Shown one piece after another: positions 39,911 to 49,736 of a stretch of DNA of 64,000 nt. How positions within the stretch are numbered: position 1 is the first letter of the stretch; every line of letters begins with the position of its first letter. The notes under the pieces were generated by a model. That model saw only the letters and a list, made by a program, of their open reading frames with translations. It was not told where the DNA came from and made no database searches. Source of the stretch: an uncultured virus (IMG/VR IMGVR_UViG_3300037963_003836) (Duplodnaviria; Heunggongvirae; Uroviricota; Caudoviricetes); IMG/VR virus record IMGVR_UViG_3300037963_003836; one strand, written 5' to 3'. The position numbers were made by a program, and so were the translations under genes.

Positions 39911-40479
39911 TTTACAAATCCCATTATATCATAATAGAACGTCTCGGTGTGATATCCGTGCTCCATCAAGTAAGTATTAATCTCTCTCCACTTACCACTA
40001 TGTTTATGTTCTATCTTAATTACTTTTGGTTTAATCTTGTTTAGGTCAATACTCTTTAGTATCTCCCAATCGTGTCCTTCCGTATCTATCTTTAAATAGT
40101 CTACTTCATTTATATTAAATGTTTCTACTAACGTATTCCATGTTATTGTCTTCACACTTCGTGATTCCGTATGAACAGGTTTACCTTTGTCATTCAATAC
40201 TTGCTCTCCTACCACACTACCGTGATGAATGTCTCTATGAAAAGAAGACATCCCTCTATAATCTCTACTCACCTTTTGATATTCTTGTGGACACATCCAC
40301 AACTCACGTTCACCATCTTGTGTATCTACTGCGGCGTTTACATAGTTAATACTTGGATGTTTCTCTAAATTATCTAAGTACTCAATAACAGGTTCTACTA
40401 TTACTCCTCTCCATCCATCATAGTGTAAGTGATTCAATGTATTGAAATCACACGAACCTATTTCTATAAACGTTTTCAT
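39907..40479 (-). CDS. FkbM-family methyltransferase
   Basis: FIEIGS, GVIVEP and DYLKIDTEGHDW. Confidence 0.85.
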   Translation of the reverse strand: MKTFIEIGSCDFNTLNHLHYDGWRGVIVEPVIEYLDNLEKHPSINYVNAAVDTQDGERELWMCPQEYQKVSRDYRGMSSFHRDIHHGSVVGEQVLNDKGKPVHTESRSVKTITWNTLVETFNINEVDYLKIDTEGHDWEILKSIDLNKIKPKVIKIEHKHSGKWREINTYLMEHGYHTETFYYDIMGFVK

Positions 40480-40628
40480 ATTACCAAAATTTCCACCAAG
40501 GTTTTATTAGTGGTCTTAATTCTATCTCATCGATTAACCATTTCAATCTCTCAGCTGCCATCATAGGACAATCCGACTCACACAGTTCTGCAATCTGTTT
40601 GAGATTCTTTACGATATGTTGTTGTTCC

Positions 40629-41099
40629 TTATACTGCACTATTTAACGCTTTTTCGATTAACCAACTTGACGATTGTACTTTGTCACCTAATCCCCATAC
40701 CATATCTACTCCCATAGAATTACAATAGTCTTCCTCAGGAATATTTCCTTTACCTCTATCACCACCGTTACCGAAAGCCATAGATAGTGGTTCATCATAC
40801 TCTCTACGGAATGTGTTAACAGCAGAATAGATTCCATCACAAACTGTTTTATCAGTTGCACTTCTTGGGTTACATACAAATGTTTTTGTTACACCCTTAA
40901 CACGGGACATGATATATTCCCTTTCTCTTTCTTTCATAAAGGGTTTACCTTTCTTTTGTTTTAACCAAAAATCATTATTAAGGATTACCCAAACTTCTTC
41001 TGCCATCTCTTGTGCTTTTTCAATCATCTCGAGGTGACCTTTGTGGACAGGGTCAAACCCACCACTGACTAACATAACTTTATACTTTTTGTCTTTCAT
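40629..41099 (-). CDS. Cytidylyl/adenylyltransferase (HIGH family)
   Basis: SGGFDPVHKGH, FGNGGDR and KVQSSS. Confidence 0.85.
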   Translation of the reverse strand: MKDKKYKVMLVSGGFDPVHKGHLEMIEKAQEMAEEVWVILNNDFWLKQKKGKPFMKEREREYIMSRVKGVTKTFVCNPRSATDKTVCDGIYSAVNTFRREYDEPLSMAFGNGGDRGKGNIPEEDYCNSMGVDMVWGLGDKVQSSSWLIEKALNSAV

Positions 41100-42037
41100 T
41101 TTTTTTAACTCTTTTCTTTCTTCGGTCTTTAACTTCTAACTTTCTATAATACTCTTGTATCTCAGGGTCATTCTTAAACTCCTCTCTTTGTTGTTTATGT
41201 CCCCTGTATATCATAGTCAACAATCCCCACATATAAAGTGCGAAGATTATGAATCCTATGATGAACATTCCTAATGGTGCTGGTGAACTCATTTCTTATT
41301 TTTTAATAAATCGTTTCTCCTTTGTCTTATAGCGATTGAGAACGCTAGGATAGATGGTACCCATATACCAACAAAAATTCCTTCTAACTTCTGACCACTA
41401 AACCATAGTGATACTGAATAAAGGAATGATACGAATGCTAAAATGATTGGGTAATATGTGTCCCAAAATAATTTAATCTTTTTCATAGTTCATTATATTT
41501 TGTAATTAATTTTTCATAACCTTTTTGATATCTATCCAACTGACTCATCTTTGGATATTCCATTTCGTAATCCTTTACTAACTTAAACAACTCTTCTCTG
41601 AATCCGTAAGCGTGTGCTTCGTATAAGATTTCTTCAATGTGTTCTTCGTTTGATATACTCATGATTCAAAGTATTTAAAAAGTAAATAACCTAACAGGGT
41701 AATTCCAAGTAGTACTGCGGATGCTTTTATTCCGAAGTAACTATTGTTGTATTGTCGTTTACTACGACCCTGTCTGTATTTCATATCTTCTTCTGTCATC
41801 GGTGCTCTGTGTATCATATTAATAATCGTAATTAGGTTCTTCTTGTACAGGTCTTCCCCTTAGGTACAATTTTAAAATCTTCTTCTCGTTCTTGAGTCGA
41901 ATCCTATAGTCACTATAAGATTCACCTTCTAATCTTTTGTTCCCTTTTAGGTATTGGGAAACTCCATCTGTAAAATCAAGAGTATAGTTTACATCCATCT
42001 CTTGATTCTCTTGTGGTAACATTTTATCTAAATCCAT
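41080..42037 (-). other. Cluster of small, mostly membrane-associated hypothetical ORFs
   Basis: ORF track plus unlisted ORFs under 60 aa. Confidence 0.5.
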
Positions 42038-42038
42038 A

Positions 42039-42836
42039 TTAGTTACTTAATTTTGCTTTTAGTGTTTTGTGTGATTGATAATTATTTAGTTTGAATTCAA
42101 ACTCACCGTTGAGGATATCTGAACTTGTGATATCCATAGTAGGTAATTCATATCCAACTCGTTTTACGATTTCTTTTGCTTGTGGTAAGTGGTTCTTGTA
42201 CAGGTGTACATCACCGAAGTTACCAATCAGATTACCTGGCTCATATCCTGTTTCTTTACATAGTATCATCAATAACATACCATAAGAAGAAATGTTAAAA
42301 GGTAACCCAAGGAAAGCATCAACGCTTCTTTGGTTCCATAAGAGAGATAACTTGTTGTCGTTACTAACGTAACATTGGAATCCGTAATGACAAGGTGGTA
42401 GTGTCATAAGATGTAGGTCCTCTACATTCCAAGCGTTGACAAGATGTCGCCTTCCATGTGGGTTTTCTTTTAACGTATATAATAACTCTGTCAGTTGGTC
42501 TATACCGTTCCAATCTCTCCATTGTTTTCCATAGATTGGTCCAAGTTCTCCATCGGTCCTTCCACTCTTCTTGTAGTCACCATCCCATATATGACAGTTA
42601 TTATCCCACAAGTATTGGATATCGGTACGACCTTTCAGAAACCATTTGAGTTCTGTAGCAACAGTTTTCAAAGGCATCTTCTTAGTGGTAAGTACAGGGA
42701 ACCCATCACACATACAATGTCTGAAGGAACCACCAAAAAACGATAACGTTCCTGTACCTGTTCGGTCCTGACGTTCTTCACCGAACTCTAAAATGTTGTG
42801 AATGATATCTTGGTATTGACTATCTACTCTATTCAT
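42039..42836 (-). CDS. thyA: Thymidylate synthase
   Basis: DRTGTGT, ELKWF, LGPIYGKQWR, LPPCH, QRSVDAFLGLPFN and DVHLY.NH. Confidence 0.96.
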   Translation of the reverse strand: MNRVDSQYQDIIHNILEFGEERQDRTGTGTLSFFGGSFRHCMCDGFPVLTTKKMPLKTVATELKWFLKGRTDIQYLWDNNCHIWDGDYKKSGRTDGELGPIYGKQWRDWNGIDQLTELLYTLKENPHGRRHLVNAWNVEDLHLMTLPPCHYGFQCYVSNDNKLSLLWNQRSVDAFLGLPFNISSYGMLLMILCKETGYEPGNLIGNFGDVHLYKNHLPQAKEIVKRVGYELPTMDITSSDILNGEFEFKLNNYQSHKTLKAKLSN

Positions 42837-43028
42837 TTTACTCCACCTGATTCTATTGTGTTAATCATATCTTCAATGATTCCGTGCCACTTACCGTATG
42901 TATCTCGTGATTCTTCATCGGTGTTTTGTTCACACCTACGTTTAAAATCAAGTTTAACAGCAGTCAATAAATGTATTAGCACGTCTTTCATATTTAATTG
43001 TTTAGACATAATATACGAAATTTATTTG

Positions 43029-43574
43029 TTATTTCCAAAACTTTTCGTATGTTTTTTTCATTTTTTTTCCTGTAGTTAAATAGGGTTCCAACAATTCCAA
43101 TTGGTTTTTCTTGATAGTGAACCTGTATTCAACCGTTTGATTGTTTTCGTTTGCTTCAGAAGTTCCATTACAAACACCACTCAATAATTTTTTGTTGTAA
43201 ATGAAGTCTCCTATTTTTTCTTTTGGTATACTATATACGTTGTGTTTAAATTTTTTATCTACTGTAAATAGGTCATACCTGTCAACATCTTCATGTGGTC
43301 TTATGTGTAAGAATGTATATCTATCGAATGATTCATACGATGCTTTGAACTCCACATACTCGTCACCATCCATATAATCTCCACGATTATATGTAGACAT
43401 TTTTTTGTAACCCATTTCTTTTATCCACCTTTTCTCAATACGACTACCGTATGCAGATGGACCAAGAAATAAATAACAATCTATTAAGAATTCTTGGAAG
43501 TCAGAACTTTCTTTAAAGTTCCTTTTTGTTTTCCGTAACCTATTTACGAGTTTTACCTTTTCTCTTTTTGTCAT
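43029..43574 (-). CDS. PD-(D/E)xK restriction-endonuclease-like protein (start 43574 preferred over 43631)
   Basis: YG..IE helix, RGD, VEFKAS and F..IRP; the upstream 43540-43677 frame encodes a separate 45 aa membrane peptide. Confidence 0.6.
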   Translation of the reverse strand: MTKREKVKLVNRLRKTKRNFKESSDFQEFLIDCYLFLGPSAYGSRIEKRWIKEMGYKKMSTYNRGDYMDGDEYVEFKASYESFDRYTFLHIRPHEDVDRYDLFTVDKKFKHNVYSIPKEKIGDFIYNKKLLSGVCNGTSEANENNQTVEYRFTIKKNQLELLEPYLTTGKKMKKTYEKFWK

Positions 43575-43673
43575 CGGGTATTCTATTACCGTGTTCATCA
43601 ACCTCGGGTGCGATATGCATTTCATATACAATCCACAACCATATAACGACTAATGTTCCTATTACTACCTTTA

Positions 43674-44141
43674 TCATATAACTTTAGTTGCGTTCAACTC
43701 ATTAATTAATTTATCTTTGTTAGTACCCCAATGTCCGTGGATACTCTTACCACCTGTTGACTTTTCCTTTAAGTAAGGTATAACTGTTTTGGTTGGTACT
43801 CTGTATATCTCTTTGATTTGAACACCATCCCTAATACAAAAGTACATATCTTCAGTTTGACTATATTGGTTAATCTTGTTCTCTGATAACCAATGAAACT
43901 GAAATGTACCTTTACCTTTACTCCTCAAGTTTATTGCTTTATACTCGACAGGTTTCTTTTTGACAGGGTCCCATGCGTCACCACCCTGTGTGTTGTTACC
44001 GTACTCATGACCCAATTCATTTGCAATCATAAGTTCGACAAATCGTTCATTGTAGAAAATGTTTTCAAGTCCCAACTCATCTTGAGCGAGGTCTTGAGCC
44101 TGTTTCAACAGACTTTTAATCTTTGTAACTGTTTTATTCAT
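43674..44141 (-). CDS. PvuII-like restriction endonuclease
   Basis: 155 aa, colinear with R.PvuII as recalled: QDLA..G..IF, G.DA.D, EYKAIN vs ELKSIN, I..IYR and TKVI vs TKIY. Confidence 0.7.
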   Translation of the reverse strand: MNKTVTKIKSLLKQAQDLAQDELGLENIFYNERFVELMIANELGHEYGNNTQGGDAWDPVKKKPVEYKAINLRSKGKGTFQFHWLSENKINQYSQTEDMYFCIRDGVQIKEIYRVPTKTVIPYLKEKSTGGKSIHGHWGTNKDKLINELNATKVI

Positions 44142-44153
44142 ATCGTTTATCTG

Positions 44154-44938
44154 TTACCCGTCAATCCTATGTTGTTTGAAACCGATAACAGGTTTGTATC
44201 CCGTTAACTCATCTTGATGTTTTTGAATCAGTTGTTTCACCATTACGAGTTTCGAAACATCTTGTTCCTCTTTTACCCATTCGGCAAAGAGTTTGGTCAA
44301 TACATAATTTTTAATTGTCTTAATCATAATTTTTAATTTTAATAAAAGAATCGATTCCAAGTTATCCAACTTGGTTCACTAACTTTCTTACCATCACGAA
44401 GAACGATACATACGTTACCATCCTTACTTACAGATAGGAGTTTGTTGTTCCCATAATAGTCTTTACCTATATGGTTACGAAGTTCACCTATCTTATTGTT
44501 CCCATCTATTGGGTCACTAATACTTAAGTTTATCATACTACTGTTAATATTTGTTCATTACTAATTGCTACATTTGATGGTTCACCACCAAGTCCCATAT
44601 CCGATTGTACTACTGTGAGATACATATCAACTACATCACCATCGTCATTTACAGTTGGGAATGGTTTGTTTAACTCTGAGATAATACCATCATTAAGTCT
44701 ACCCCACTTATCTTCGAACATTACTTTTTGTCCTATACTAAATTGTCTCATATTAAAATTGAATTAAATCGATTACCATTTCACCTGTAGGATTACCGTT
44801 AGCAGTAATCTCATAGTTTGGGTCCATCCCGTTGTCAACTACATAGTCAACTAATTCGTTTATTGATTTGAACTCATTTACAAAATAAGAACAATCGAGG
44901 GAGTACTTTGTATACATCATATAATTTTTATTTATCAT
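44154..44938 (-). other. Four small hypothetical ORFs behind an early-type promoter
   Basis: ORF track; promoter at 44962-45017. Confidence 0.55.
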
Positions 44939-45040
44939 TACTATTAATCATTATTACATAGTAAAGATAGTGAAAGTAAATGACTTTTCCAAATGTTTAA
45001 TGTTAAATTTATGTTAAATTTATCAACAAGTTATTAACAA

Positions 45041-45958
45041 TTAGTTTCCACCTCTTCTACCTACTGATGAGCTAGAACTACCGCCTGACGAACTTCCTCT
45101 ACTACTACCACCTACGTTACCACCACTTCTGATGTTAACAGGTGGGTTACTGTTAAAGTTATTAACAGGTGGTCTTCCGTTATTGAAGTTGTTGTTTGGT
45201 ACTCTTGGTTTGGAATTCCAATTGTTGATGTTGTTATTTGGTTTGATTGGGACAACAACATTATTATTACTATTTACGTTGTTAGGTCTGTATATAGTAT
45301 TGTTAGGTATATTATTATCTCGACTCCATCTGATAACCTCGTTAATAGCATTGTTATCAGGGTTAGGGTATACTCTGTTATTTCTTCTTCGATTAGTATC
45401 CTGTTCTATATTAGAGTTACCATTAAGAAAATCATTATACCTACTTCCCCTTCTACCAACTACAAAAGAATAATTGTTATTACTTGCTATCAGAGGTTCA
45501 TTGTACCAACTGTACTGATAGTGATTCCAACCATACCAACCTTGTGGATGTGGATAATACCAATTATAGTATCTATGATTTCTAACCCACCATGGATGGT
45601 CGTATCCATACCAAGGATAGTTCCATGCCCAATCGTACCAAAACTGATGGGAGTTAAACCATACATCAAATCTGTTGTAAGGTCTCCATATACCATCGAG
45701 TCTTGGATTGTTGAAATACCACGAATAGGGTCTTGTCATCGCATACTGAGCGAAGTCCCATCTGAAAGAGAAGTCTGTTCGGAGTTTTCTCTTGAGATGA
45801 AATAAAGAATTAATAGTATCTATCTTAACTGAACTGTCTACCTCTATATACCTGTCATACATAGGGTCATGATTTGTAGTACTCACATACCACTGACTAC
45901 CACACCCTGAAAAAAGCAGGGAAATAAACAAAACTAAACTAAAATAAAAATACCTCAT
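45041..45958 (-). CDS. Putative lipoprotein with W/Y-rich middle and N/S/G/R-rich tail
   Basis: Signal peptide ending in lipobox LFSG-C. Confidence 0.7.
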   Translation of the reverse strand: MRYFYFSLVLFISLLFSGCGSQWYVSTTNHDPMYDRYIEVDSSVKIDTINSLFHLKRKLRTDFSFRWDFAQYAMTRPYSWYFNNPRLDGIWRPYNRFDVWFNSHQFWYDWAWNYPWYGYDHPWWVRNHRYYNWYYPHPQGWYGWNHYQYSWYNEPLIASNNNYSFVVGRRGSRYNDFLNGNSNIEQDTNRRRNNRVYPNPDNNAINEVIRWSRDNNIPNNTIYRPNNVNSNNNVVVPIKPNNNINNWNSKPRVPNNNFNNGRPPVNNFNSNPPVNIRSGGNVGGSSRGSSSGGSSSSSVGRRGGN

Positions 45959-46176
45959 AATAAACCTTTCTATATATAAGTATAGATATAATACTACATA
46001 CCTACAGTAAGAGTACTACCATCCTGAGAATAATCCTTATGTCTATAACCAAATCTCCATTGACAGTAATTAAGAGCTTCAACTAATTCATCCCTGTTAA
46101 CCACTTGACCATTCTGTTTCACAAACTTTACTTTCTTGGATTTAGGTGTCCAAGTCACTCCGATACCTTTCAGCAT

Positions 46177-47386
46177 ATAATTAAATTTAATAGTTAAACA
46201 ATATCCATACCCATAATGAGGTAAATGGATTTCAGCGCCCCTCTGTAAATCAGACCTTAGAGGGGACTTTCCCCAAGGTCATTTTGCCGACCTCGACAGC
46301 AAGACGGACTACAGGCGGTTCATGCCTGCTGCTGCGCTTGGTTTCCGTGAAAATACCCCCACCCCCTGCGCGAGTGTCTTTCATCGCCTATAACGACTTA
46401 CGGGGTTCGGGGTTGTTTCAGGTTAATCTATGCGCTGTACCTACCTATACCTATACTACTCTATTCTCTCTCTATATACCTACTTGCGTATAGTACTTGC
46501 TGTTTTGACCTATTTTATTTTTACTTCACTTCGCGGTTTCCACCACAGTTATCCCATATATCTCTCTCTTTACATAGTAAAGATAAGGAATTCTGCGTTC
46601 ATTTCCAAATCGCCAATGTTAAATAATTGTTAAATTTTACCCATATATGTCGGGTTATTGCGCATCCGTGGTGAAAAGTAGGTCAATGCCCCCCACTAAT
46701 ATACGAAAAATAAATGAAAAAAACAAGGAAATAAACACTTTTTTATCAACAAAGTTATCAACATGACACCCTGTCACTACTCAGCGACTACTCATTTTCG
46801 GGGTATGTGTTACAAATACCTCTACAGAACCCCCGGCGCCCCTCTGTTGTTACGTTTGTAACACCTCTACACCCGTGTTACAAGGGTACTCAGACTGACA
46901 AAACGACCTAAAAAAAAGTTATCAACAGGTTATTAACAATGCGCAAAAGGTTTCGCTATAGCAAAAAAATTGGAAAACGCAGAAACACGGACAAGAGCAC
47001 CCTTTTATTACTGTTAAACTCGTTGCATGGGTGTTTTATAGGAAAGTGTTTGTGTTTATTGTGGTAAAAGTGTATTAGCGACCCCTTTTCATTGGATAAG
47101 TAGGGAAGCCTTAGCTTCTCTAATTAAATATTTCTCTCTTTTATTAAGGAATTATTTGGTGAGAGTTTACCATAAAGTGGTAAAAAGTGGGATAAAAGGG
47201 GGTTTTTTGAGGGTTTTTTAACGGTCCAAATACTTGAACCAACGATTCATGAGGAAAATGAATACGCAGAACATTAAGATTACTTTGATTAGTACCATAT
47301 AAGGATAAATAGACTTGGATGAATCTTGGCGGGTGAATTAAGGTAGATTTATTTTGTCTTACCTATAAGGGTTGTTCAGGGTTGTT
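46177..47386. other. ~1.2 kb non-coding control region (origin, terminus or packaging candidate)
   Basis: No credible ORF; GC-rich hairpins, two promoters, DnaA-box-like pairs, palindromes and 10-bp-phased GTGG repeats. Confidence 0.6.
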
Positions 47387-47617
47387 CTACCCTATGATGA
47401 CCGTTCTACCCATATTGTACTCTGTAACAACGTACTTAAAATCGTGTTCGTCTAAGAAGTCGTGTACTATCTCTCTCATCCTCTCAGAGTTTCCTGTAAT
47501 TATCTCTGTTCTTAGGTAGTCTTTTTTACCGTTCAGGAGACGTTTTTCTAAGAGTTTTTCTACGTTACCATGCCTTATACCGTGTAGGTCTACAGTTATC
47601 TTTCTCATTTGTTCCAC
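47387..47617 (-). CDS. Stand-alone Smr-domain-like protein
   Basis: VDLHGIRH and EIITGNS. Confidence 0.7.
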   Translation of the reverse strand: MEQMRKITVDLHGIRHGNVEKLLEKRLLNGKKDYLRTEIITGNSERMREIVHDFLDEHDFKYVVTEYNMGRTVIIG

Positions 47618-48449
47618 TCCTCATTAAAGTATACAGGTGGTTCAGTAGAGTTTTGTGTCCAATACTGTCCTTCTGAACCAATGAATACGAGTTCTTTTTT
47701 GGGGTAAGACGTATAATCCACGTTAGGGAAAGGAATTTTCATTTGTCCTTCCTCTACGTCATATAGTAGAGTTTCTTCGGTTTCTCTTAGTGGACTGTAT
47801 TTACTCTGATTCCCGACCCAATTCACCGTGTTTATACCCAACGAATTAAATTGAAGTCTTAATCCCTCATATACGGGATTTGTTGTGGATACCGTAATTG
47901 ACCCTTTATCGTTGGTGATTTCGATATCACCGTTAGATAATTTTTTAATTGATTTTATTTCCATGTTGAATCGATTTTATATTTCTTTATATATGTGTTG
48001 AAGAGATTTTCACCACCCATACCCATTTGAAGGATATCCGTCCCCTCGGGAATATACTTCTTTGAGCGCACATTGTTTACTTTATCAATGTGGTCATCGA
48101 ATACTTCAATCCTTGGGTTTCTACATCTTTTGGGTTTGTGTACTATAATGGTCTTCATAACTCTTTTAATTTATATGCGCGTATAGAAACAATTTTGGGT
48201 TTATCTCAAAATTTTTCTTAGACACACGAAATCGTCCCTTCCCGCGGGTCGATGTATCATTGGTCGGTTCGTGAGGTTAACTCATCGGTTATATCTTTCA
48301 TATCCTCTTCCGTAAATTGTATATACGGTCTTTCACAATTGAACGATAACCAATTACCATCTAACACGGATTCCGCGATTGAACTTGATACTTCTGATAA
48401 CTTTGTTTTGTTTCCTACTGTTTTTTTGATGAACTTCTTAATCACCTTT

Positions 48450-48860
48450 TTACTCCTGCTCTTTTTTGGTTAAAAATAAATCGTAACTACCCTTTATTAT
48501 ATATAGTGTTTTTTTACTTAATGGAGTGAACTGATATTTGTTTATATCATTTAACGTAATCCATTTCACACTCTGATGTGCATTGAGTTTAGGTTTACCA
48601 CTCTTATATTTGATTATATATGGATAAAACTCTACTCCGTCTTCTTCTCTTTCGGGTATTGAATAATATACATTTATGTCTATATCCAACTCCTCTTTCC
48701 ATTCACGAATTATCGCGTCATACGGAGTTTCACCTTCCTCAATCTTACCACCTGGCAGTTCCCACAAATCAGGACAAACCGAATCCGTGGATAATCTTTT
48801 TCCAATTAGAACAGTATCTTCGTCAACTAATGCCCCAACTACTATCTTCATCTTGTACAT
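48450..48860 (-). CDS. Nudix hydrolase (MutT-like)
   Basis: WELPGGKIEEGETPYDAIIREWKEELDI Nudix box. Confidence 0.9.
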   Translation of the reverse strand: MYKMKIVVGALVDEDTVLIGKRLSTDSVCPDLWELPGGKIEEGETPYDAIIREWKEELDIDINVYYSIPEREEDGVEFYPYIIKYKSGKPKLNAHQSVKWITLNDINKYQFTPLSKKTLYIIKGSYDLFLTKKEQE

Positions 48861-49001
48861 CGTCCTCTATTATTCCGAGGTGTTTATAGTCAACGGGAAT
48901 ATCATACTTATGTGACATCTTGCAAATCATTTCTGTTGCTTTTATCATTTTCTCTGTATTGGTATTCCAAAGTACTCTCGTTACAAAAGTTTCGTCAAAC
49001 A

Positions 49002-49637
49002 TTAGTCGTTTATCTGTCTTATATTAGGTATCTGAAAGTCTGACCAATCTCTACCTTTTAAATTTACATTATCAAAGTAAAATGTCCACTCGTGTTCACC
49101 TGCCCATATTTGTTTTGTGAATCCACTTGGTATAAGTGCTCCACCTGCTACATACTCGGGTTCATTGTCAAAATGTACCGTTACATTTACTTTTACTGTT
49201 TCAAATACTTTGGATAAGTCTCGTTCAAATCTTTCGAGTTCTTTCCACGGTCCTCTGTTTAGTGATTCATGTTGAAGTGCACAATTCAGATAGTTGAACG
49301 TTTCTCTCAAAGTTTCTTTATCAAAACAATTAAATGCCGCTGCTGGTGCCATATGACCTTTATCATATACATTTGCTTTGTAGTCATCATTGTCTGAAGT
49401 TTTCCATCCTTTTGGTTTCCAAAAGTCCATTCCACTTCTACTGATTTCACCTGTTGGACACATCACTGTATATGTCACTTGAAGAGGTTGTTCATAATCC
49501 TCACTATAAACCACATGATATAACTCACCGTCATAGTGTTTGATTTGTGCGTTCACTGTCATTGCGAATCCCATAAATAGGAAATACAATAATGCGAACA
49601 TTAATAACTTGTCTATATTATCTAATCTGTTTTTCAT
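49002..49637 (-). CDS. DNA/RNA non-specific endonuclease (NucA-like) with signal peptide; start 49637 preferred
   Basis: YDKGHMAPA, TF.YLN..LQ..LNRG.W..LE and IPSGF.K; hydrophobic N-terminus ending VNA. Confidence 0.85.
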   Translation of the reverse strand: MKNRLDNIDKLLMFALLYFLFMGFAMTVNAQIKHYDGELYHVVYSEDYEQPLQVTYTVMCPTGEISRSGMDFWKPKGWKTSDNDDYKANVYDKGHMAPAAAFNCFDKETLRETFNYLNCALQHESLNRGPWKELERFERDLSKVFETVKVNVTVHFDNEPEYVAGGALIPSGFTKQIWAGEHEWTFYFDNVNLKGRDWSDFQIPNIRQIND

Positions 49638-49736
49638 AATTTTAAAATTTACCATGGTTACACTTTCCACTAAGATAGTATTCATTTGATATCTTAATAC
49701 CTAACCATATATCTTTGAAGAATTTCTTTATTTTTT

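Noticed and set aside
34404..40479. The two SAM methyltransferases as DNA methyltransferases
   Set aside because: They lack PCQ/ENV or DPPY/SPPY motifs and match small-molecule or glycan methyltransferase families.
46848..46863. parS site
   Set aside because: TGTTACGTTTGTAACA only loosely resembles TGTTTCACGTGAAACA, and no parAB genes are in the window; kept only as an unexplained palindrome.
39347..48232. 11-bp inverted repeat ATTTCGTGTGT (39347-39357 and 48222-48232) as invertible-segment ends
   Set aside because: A match this short is expected by chance in 64 kb, no recombinase is present, and gene orientation is uniform.
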